Source: Lama glama (taxonomy: Eukaryota). Taken from it: a stretch of DNA of 64,000 nt. Positions 56,235 through 64,000 of the stretch are shown here, piece by piece. The notes beneath the pieces are model-generated. The model was given only the letters and a program-made list of their open reading frames with translations, was not told where the DNA came from and searched no databases. The stretch is taken from the NCBI GenBank assembly GCA_028534125.1, contig CM052816.1, positions 61,196,001 to 61,260,000 on the forward strand, in the 5' to 3' direction. Within the stretch, counting starts at the first letter, position 1. Each line of letters begins with the position of its first letter. Made by a program: the position numbers and the translations under genes.

Positions 56235-56727
56235 AGGACAAGTCTTCCAAACTGAGCTACGGTGAATCAGAAACCTGTATTTTATAGGCTGAACTTTCTC
56301 TTATACTTACTGCAGCTTCTGTGTTGATTTTCTTTTTGTTTGGCATAATAATTAGAAAATGTCTTTCAAAAAAAAGTCAGTCTTCATGACAGAGAAAGGG
56401 TTTAATAGCAAAAAATGAAATATAACAGAAGAAATCTAGCTGATTTAAAAAACATAATCTTGGGGTAGGGCATGAGACCAGAGGGAGAAGTCATAAAGGA
56501 AAAAAGAATGATATGCCCTATTGCAGTAAAAATTTAAACTTTTGTAGGGCAAAAAACCAAAAAGCAGTAACAGTCCACCTCAAAATTCAAAGACAAAAAA
56601 AAATTTGCAACATCTACAAAAGGCTCTTACAAATGAATAATCTCAATTTGAAAACCTCCAAAATACAACTAGGCAACTCACAAATATAAAAATAATAGCT
56701 AATATTTATTGAGCTTTTAGGTGCTAA

Positions 56728-57253
56728 TGTGGACTAACTGCTAAAATGGCCTCTGTTCTCCATCCTTCTATGTATCTATGCCTTCTGTTAATTTGAGTTT
56801 GCTGTCCCCCTCATCAAAAACAGGGTCTATTTCCTTATTTTTTAAATCTGGGCTGGCCTTAGGACTTGCTCTGGCTGGTAAAATGTGGCAAGTTGAGGGT
56901 GTTCCAATGCTCAACCGTGGCCTTAGGAAGGCTTTGTATAATCCCACACTCATGGAATCCTGCCACCGCCAACAGAACAAGCTAGGAGGCCTCCTGGAGG
57001 AAGGGCGATGATGTGAAAGAGAGCCAAGCGGCCAGAGCTTTGGCCACCCTAGAGCCTCAAACACGTACGAGAGCTCAGCCAAGATCAGCAGAGCTGCCTA
57101 CACAACGCACGGCTGATTGGAGGTGCAGAATGAGCCCAGCCAAGATCAGAAAAACTACGTTAACAAACATGCAGATCTGAAAAATATTTATCATTGTACT
57201 CTACTGAGATTTAGTTTATTATACAGCATTCTTGTGGCAATAGTAATTGATTA
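56728..57253 (+). mobile_element. MaLR LTR (MLT1G-like)
   Basis: tgtgg start; aatctgggctggcctt; repeated cagccaagatcag; cagcattcttgtggcaatag end. Confidence 0.75.
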
Positions 57254-57307
57254 AGCCAGGCAATGCTCAAAGTGCTCTATATTTGTTATCTCTCAATCTT
57301 AAAAAGG

Positions 57308-58190
57308 TGATATGAGTTAATAAAAAAAATATATATACAGTGGCCTCTGCCTTTAGTTTCTGGCACAGAGCTCCTAAAACCCTTGTAATTTCCCAAGTGA
57401 TAAGAGCACCAGGAACATATTTGGTTCCAATAGTTGGTCTCTGACCTTGGTTCCTGACACAGGACTCCTGAAATCCTTATAGTTTCCTGGGTGATAAGAG
57501 TGCCTTTTGTTCTACTGATGTGACCCTGAGTGGGCTCCTGGATGGGAGCTGGTCAATGGAAAGACCAAGCCATAATTAAAAGCTGGGTATTTTCAGCCCT
57601 GCCACCCCCCACCCTCATCATGCCTACCTGGTGAAGCCTCCACAAAATTCCAACAGTATGGAGTTTGGAGAGCTTCCAGGTCAGTGAACATATCTATACC
57701 CACAGGATGACACACCCCAGCTCCACAGGCTCCCACGCTTGGGATCCTCCCAGATCTTGCCCTACACATCTCTTCATCTGGCTGTTCATCTATATCCTTA
57801 CAATATCCTTTAATAAACTGGTAAATGTAAGTGTTTCCCTGGGTCCTGTGAACTGCTCTAGCAAATTAATCAAACCCAAGGATGGGGTTGTCGGGACCCC
57901 AGATTTATAACCAATGGGTCAGAAGCACAGGTGACAACATGGACTTGCAACCGGCATTTGAGTGGGATGGGAACAGTCTTACAGGACTGATTCCTCGAGC
58001 TGTGGGATCTGATGTTATTTCCAGATAAAAAGTGGCAGAATTAAGTTATAGGACACTCAGCTGGTGTTGCAGAGAATGTTGTGGGGGAAAAACCTACAGA
58101 CGCTTGGTGATGAGAAGCGTTGGAAGTGAAAGGTACTGTGTGAGCAGTAAAGGAGACTCACAGGAGAAGGCAGACTAGGGTTTTCTAGCA
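57308..58190. mobile_element. MER21-like ERV solo LTR
   Basis: ttctggcacagagctcctaaaaccctt...ggagagcttccagg...ctctagcaaattaatcaaaccca...ggacactcagctggtgt; begins tg and ends ca. Confidence 0.75.
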
Positions 58191-60683
58191 TAGGTGAGTA
58201 CAATTTTCCCCTCTCTTGTCTCATCCCCTACTCACCTGTCTGATCTCTTCCATTCTAGTCACAGTGCCCTCTCCGCTTTCTCAAATACATCATTTGAGGC
58301 ACAGCATCAGCTTAGCAAGCGCTTTCCTGTCAAATCTTTAATTCTGTTCTGACCAACATATACTAAGTACACCCTTTCCTGCTTCACTTTTGCTCCTTAG
58401 CACATTTCCCCATCTAACATACTCTATATTTTCCTTAGTTGTCTCTTCTTCAAAGGTAAGCTCCATGAACACAGGGATTCTGGGCTGCTTGGTCCATTGC
58501 TGTATCCCTAGATAGAATACCGTTCGGCACATAATACTCAATAAATATTCGGTGAGTGAAGGAATCAGCCAAATTTACTGATGAGGAAACACACAAAGAG
58601 AAGCTAGGTAACTGCCTGAGATCACAGTGCTAGTCAGTGGCAAAGCCAGCATTCAAACTTAGACAAGCTGGCTCCAAATTATTGCAGCCTACCTGTCTAG
58701 TCCAGACGACTTTGCTACATGTCTTCCTAACGCAGAGCTTAGCATACACATATGTACCCAATAAACATCACCTTCCTTCATTCTTCATATTTTAATCTAG
58801 GTGCTTCTCCCCATGGAAGTTCCGTGCTTTTTCTTAACCAAAGAGGCGACAGAACAACAGCAAAAATAAACCCTCCTTTACAACTTTCTAAAATTCATTT
58901 TTACAAATAATTTCAGTCTAGCATCTGAAACTTGAAACTTAACACCTTTTCTTCTTTAAAAAAAACTTTATTAGTTTATTTTTCTTTTTCTAGCACCGTT
59001 GTTCTAAAAATTTGGGGTATATAGCTACTGGATTTGGTGGGAAATTTTCAAGTTTATTTAATTACAGTCAGATACATAAACATTATTACATTTATGAATG
59101 ACTGTAATTTAATTTGTCTAACTTTCTAATATTTCTCATATAAATAATTTCTCACATCAGAAAACAAACAACTTTTTTGGTTTCTAAATCACAAGTTCTT
59201 AATTTTTGTTAAGGAATTATAGTCACCAAATAAACCTTCAATAATATAAGTAAATGCAAATTATAATAAGAGGAATTTCCACTTATTAAATTGGTAATGA
59301 TAAAAAATATTAAAATGCCTGGTGTTGGTAAAGGTGTAGGAAACTAACATTGTATATTTTGCTAGTAAGAGCATAATTTGGTAGAAACATTTTGAAGAAG
59401 GGTACGTAGTAAGTACCAAAAGCCTGAAAGATGTGTGTACCTTTTGATGTACAGATTCCATTGCTAAGAACTCATACTAAAGAAATAATTAAGGATTTAG
59501 GAAAAAATTTAACAGCAAAAACGTTTATTTAAGCACTGCTACGCATAGCATGAAGTTGGAAATAGATGACACATCCAACAGTAGGTATAACTTGGATTGT
59601 CATCCATCCCCAAATAGACTACATTATAGGTGTTTATAGTATGGAAGGATGTTTATATTACATAAAAATTACAATAGAATGGATTATATAATCTCATATT
59701 TATTAAAAAATGTCTGTACATGGAAAAGATTTTGGAAGCTATTAGTAATTGGTTCTTCTGGATGGGTGGATTGTATATATTTTCTTTTGCTTCTCAATAT
59801 TTTCCAAGTTTTCTACAAAGAACATGCATTGCTATTATAACTTTATAAATCAAACTTCCTTTTCTAGTTGAAAGAGGAAACTAGGGCTATTCTAGATATA
59901 ATTGGACAAAATACTGTTGAATCATCTCTCTCATTTCTTTGACCATGCCATCCATCCCTCACTCTATAGTACACATTAGATTTTGCTTGGCTCGTATGCT
60001 GTACAATCTGGCCTCAAGGAGGGGACATTCTCCTGATTTAATTTCTGTGGCAACAAGAGTTGAAAGAAACCTTAGATATCATTTAGTCTATTCCTTTTCA
60101 TTTTACAAAATAAGGAATTTGAGAGAAATCCAAGAAATTGGATGATTTAATTAAGGTCACAAGGCTACCTAAGCAGCAACTAAAATCCAGTCTCCAGATT
60201 CCCCATCTGCTTATTCCCAAGTAATTGGCTTAACAGCCCTCATCAATGATCCTGGCTGCCAAGTTGGCTTTGGGGAGGGGGTACACAGCAGCTCCACCAA
60301 CAGGAAAACCCAAAAGAAATCATAAGCCAGTTGAACAAAAACCTAGTTACTCTTATAACACTAAAATGAACTCCCAAGTGTCAGAGGAACATGAAAAATA
60401 TATCAAGAGTACATAGAGGTTCTTCCATGTTGTCAAGTATTGACTCCTTTAGGAAGATACAGATGTTGAAACAAAGAAATTTTGTGATTAAGTCACTCAT
60501 GAACCACGCGTTGATGACTGCTACTACTACTGTAGGAGTTGATTAACGGCAATATATATCCTTAAGTAACAAAATAGTTCACATATTTATGGTAGATTGT
60601 TAGCTTCTAAAAAAGCAATAATTATATGGCTTTTAACATTTATTTTCTTCCATGCATAAACAAAGAATATGAATAACACATAT

Positions 60684-62843
60684 CAGTGGTTCTCAAAATG
60701 TGGTCTGCCATCCTGGGTGGGTGTATGGGGAATAGTTGTTGAGACTATTTCAGTAAGTATGTGAGGCTGAAAGTATTTCGTAATAATACTAAGACATTAT
60801 TCACCTTTTCACTTGGTTGATGTCTGCACTGATGGTGAAAAGCAATGGTAGATAAAATGGTTGGCACTTTAGAACAAATCAAGGCAGTGGCACCAAACTG
60901 TTCTAGCAGTCACTATGTTCTTCACTGCCACTCCCTCAGGCTAAAAATAATGTCAACTTCACTTTAAAATGTCCTTGGTGTGATAGTAAAAATTATTAAT
61001 TTTATTAAATCTCAACCATTTAATATATATGTGTGGCAAAGTAGCCATAAAGCACGCCTGCTGCATACCTGGGTACAATGGTTGTCCAGGGGCTCTGGCT
61101 GTCCGAATAAAAAGCACTTGTGCAACTGACTGAACTTTGAGCTGAAATAGCTGCTTTTTTCACAGAACACCATTGGTACTTGAAAAAAACGAGTGGCAGA
61201 CAAACTACGGTTACTCAGACTTAAGTACTTGGCAGAGATTCTCTCAAGAAAGCATGCCTGTCACTTCAAGGAAGACTACTGAAAGTATTTGTTACCAATG
61301 AAAAAATGCCAGCTTTCAAATGAAAATTAGAATTTTGAAAAATTGTATCTGCCACCATGAGCTTACCAGCTTCCTAATATTTGATGACTTTTGCAATGGG
61401 ATGATGATATTAAGGAGTATGATTGTTTGATACTGTCTAATGAAATGTGTCAACATTAAGGAAGATCTGTGTAACACAGTGAAGACTATTTTCGAAATGA
61501 TCAGTGTTTGATATTACAAAATCACTCAAACTGTAAGACAGATCTTTGGATTTTAATGTCACAGTAGGAAAAGTACATTGATAGTTTCATATTTCATGCT
61601 GCAATCATCCTTTAAAAAACTACCACTTGTCACACTTTGATGTGATATCAAAGAATACCCATGATGATCTTAAAAGATCTATTAAAATACACCTCTTTTT
61701 CCAACTATATATGACAGGTGGGATTTTCTTCATTTTCTTAATCCAAAACTAATCAGTGCAACAGAGTAAATGCAGAAGCAGATGTAAGAATCCAGCTATC
61801 TTCCATTAAGTCACAGATTTGTTTTACAAAAGTGCAAAACAATGCTACTCCAAGGGTGATTCTTATTTAAGAAAACAAAACAAAACCCAGAAAACAAGTG
61901 TTGATGAAGATGTAGAAAAACCAGGACTCTTGTGCTTTGTCAATGGAGTGTAAAATGGTACAGCTGCTGTGGAAAACAGTATGGTGGTTCCTCAAAAATT
62001 AAACACAGAATTACCATATGATCCAGTAATCCCTTTTCTATGTATATACCACAGAGAATTGAAAGCAGAGACTTAAACAGATATGTGCACATCAATGGTC
62101 ATAGCAGTATTATTCAAAATAGCCAAAAGATGGAAACAATCCAGTGTCCAAGGATGGATGAGTGGACAAATGAAATGTGGTATGTCCATACAATGAAATA
62201 CTATTCAATCTTAAAAAGGAAGGAAATTCTGACATATGCTACAACATGGATGAACCTTAAAGACATTATGCTAAGTGAAATAAAACAGTCACAGAAGAAC
62301 AGATACTGTACGACTCCACTAGCATGAAGTACTTAAAATAGTCAAATTCATAGAGACAGAAAGGATAGTGGTTACCAAGGATTGAGAGAGGGGATAATTA
62401 GGAGTTATTGTTTAATGAGTTTGGGATGATAAAAAAAGTTCCAGAGACAGATAGTGGTAATGATTACATAACAATGTGAATGCACTTCATGCCACTGAAC
62501 TATGCACTTAAAAAAGATTAAAATGGTAAATTTTGTGTATATATTACAATTAAAAAAAAACTGAAAAAAAAATCTAAGAAAAAAAAACCCATGTCACTCT
62601 TCTCAGACATTTTTGGAAACATTTTGGGAAATAGTTATTTTCCATTAAAAATGTTATTTATGCATGTAATGAGTTTATTATTGTTTTTAAAATAAACTAA
62701 TAAATACTTAAAAAATCTCCCTGGTTTCATTTCTAATATGGTAAATATGGAAATATACAACTCATGTAAACAGAAGCTCTTAAGTCTTCAGTAAGTTTTG
62801 AGTGGTAAAGAGGTCCTGAGACTAAAAAGTTTGAGAACTACTG
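60684..62843. mobile_element. Charlie1a-like hAT DNA transposon with both TIRs, interrupted by an L1
   Basis: TIRs cagtggttctcaaa (60684) / tttgagaactactg (ends 62843); internal tgcactgatggtgaaaagcaatgg...aatcaaggcagtggcaccaaactg. Confidence 0.82.
61870..62590 (+). mobile_element. L1 3' end (L1MB/MA-like) nested in the Charlie element
   Basis: gctgctgtggaaaacagtatggtggttcctcaaaaattaaac...gtcaaattcatagagacagaaag...A-rich tail. Confidence 0.88.
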
Positions 62844-63619
62844 TCTTATTTGAAATTTATTCTCTTTTTATACCTGCGTTATATGAAGACATACATTTCT
62901 TCATTTGTTGGTTTAGCTTCATTTGACAGCTATATCACTTGTAGCCTGCAGACTAAAAGGACATCCTGGAACATGGTCAAAATCATCACATTAACTCTTT
63001 ATGATTTCTATTGTTCCTGCATGCACCAAAACTACAAGGACTGAACAGCAAAAAGCTCCACAGATGACTGGAAGCATACAACAGGAAACTGTTAAAAAGC
63101 TTACATGCTGATTGGTATGTTCTAAAGTAGTTTTATAAGGATCTAGCAAGAAACACACATTTTCCTTTTTCTGTTGGATCTTCATTCGGATTTTCAGTTC
63201 AAGGCTAAATTTGGGAATCGGGGTGGTAGTGGCATTGTTTCCGAAAACCACTCCATCCAGCGAATCCGTGCTAAGAATTTAATTCTCTCACCATCTTACT
63301 CCTGGTCTATTGCAGAGGGGTGTGGTTAGGGAGCTAGGAAGCAATCCAAATCAGCAGCTGAGGCTGCCCCAAACCCTGTGCAAGCAATCATTTCCTCCAT
63401 TTTGGGCCAAGTCAATTTTCCCCGGCAAGAGGCAGACTGTTTCATGCGGAAGAATTAAATTAAAAGGAAACTAGAAAGCATGGGCAGAAATAAGTAGCAA
63501 AACCATAGCGGCTTTATCGTGTGTGGATGTTAAACGATTTGTAAGCCAATGGTATGCATGAGGGGCAAATGAAAATTGTTATTCAAGTCTATAGCTGCTG
63601 GCACTTTTAATGACAGATC

Positions 63620-64000
63620 TGCAGTTCCGGGTGCGGGAGAAAGTCAAATGATTTTCTTATCCCGACCATCTTTCTGCATTCGTTTGGGGCCGGCCTGTGA
63701 CCAGTCTCGCTGCTTGCGGCTGAGGCAAGTCCCAAACAAAGAGGAATGGATGCCCTCCCAAGGGAGCGGAGGAGGGAAAGGTGGCCCCAAGTTCCCGCGC
63801 CAGGTGTCCCTTGGGGTAGACTACGCGGGCCATGGGGAGGGAGGGTTCCAGGAGCGTTGTAGGGTTGCTGCGGTGAAAGGCTGGGCCGGGGCGCCCGGCA
63901 CTGACCGGGCAGAAGACCCCGCCCTGCCCACGGTCAAGGTTAGCCCGCGCAAGGGAGGTACCTGTGGAGGCCTCGCACAGCCGAAAGGCACTGGGCGATC
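63620..64000. promoter_or_regulatory. CpG island at the NLN first exon and proximal intron 1
   Basis: GC and CpG density rise sharply (cgcgc, gggccggggcgcccgg, cccgcgc) against CpG-depleted flanks. GC-box-like ccccgccc near 63916. Confidence 0.85.
63962..64000 (-). CDS. NLN: NLN coding exon 1 (partial), start of the mitochondrial presequence: (M)IAQCLSAVRGLH(R)
   Basis: Reverse complement reads G ATC GCC CAG TGC CTT TCG GCT GTG CGA GGC CTC CAC AG|GTACCT. Phase 2 fits exon 2 (AG|A = Arg). The AT of the ATG would lie just outside the window. Confidence 0.9.

Noticed and set aside
60684..62843. Domesticated or active hAT transposase
   Set aside because: An internally deleted, L1-interrupted copy with no long ORF.

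Overview
This window is mammalian nuclear DNA, very probably from a camelid (alpaca, llama or camel), judged from five copies of a camelid-type tRNA-derived SINE and an artiodactyl-like protein sequence. It holds the 5' part of NLN (neurolysin, an M3-family zinc oligopeptidase) on the minus strand. Coding exons 1-9 can be traced with canonical GT/AG junctions and splice into one stop-free frame. The G of the presumed ATG is base 64000, and exon 9 carries the HEFGH zinc motif. Exon 10 onward lies left of the window. The right end is a CpG-rich promoter/first-exon island. The introns contain ordinary mammalian repeats: L1, L2, MIR, MaLR/ERV LTRs, hAT-Charlie and Tc1/mariner-family DNA transposons, young SINE and L1 insertions with target-site duplications, and three short tandem duplications. 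I found no prokaryotic-type or clearly novel system. The most interesting observation is speculative: the young SINEs alternate in orientation and form inverted pairs around NLN exon blocks, one of which (exons 5-6, 264 nt, phase 0-0) would give a stop-free circle or an in-frame skip. Repeat subfamily names come from remembered consensus sequences, not a database search, and repeat boundaries are approximate unless target-site duplications (TSDs) or terminal inverted repeats (TIRs) are quoted.
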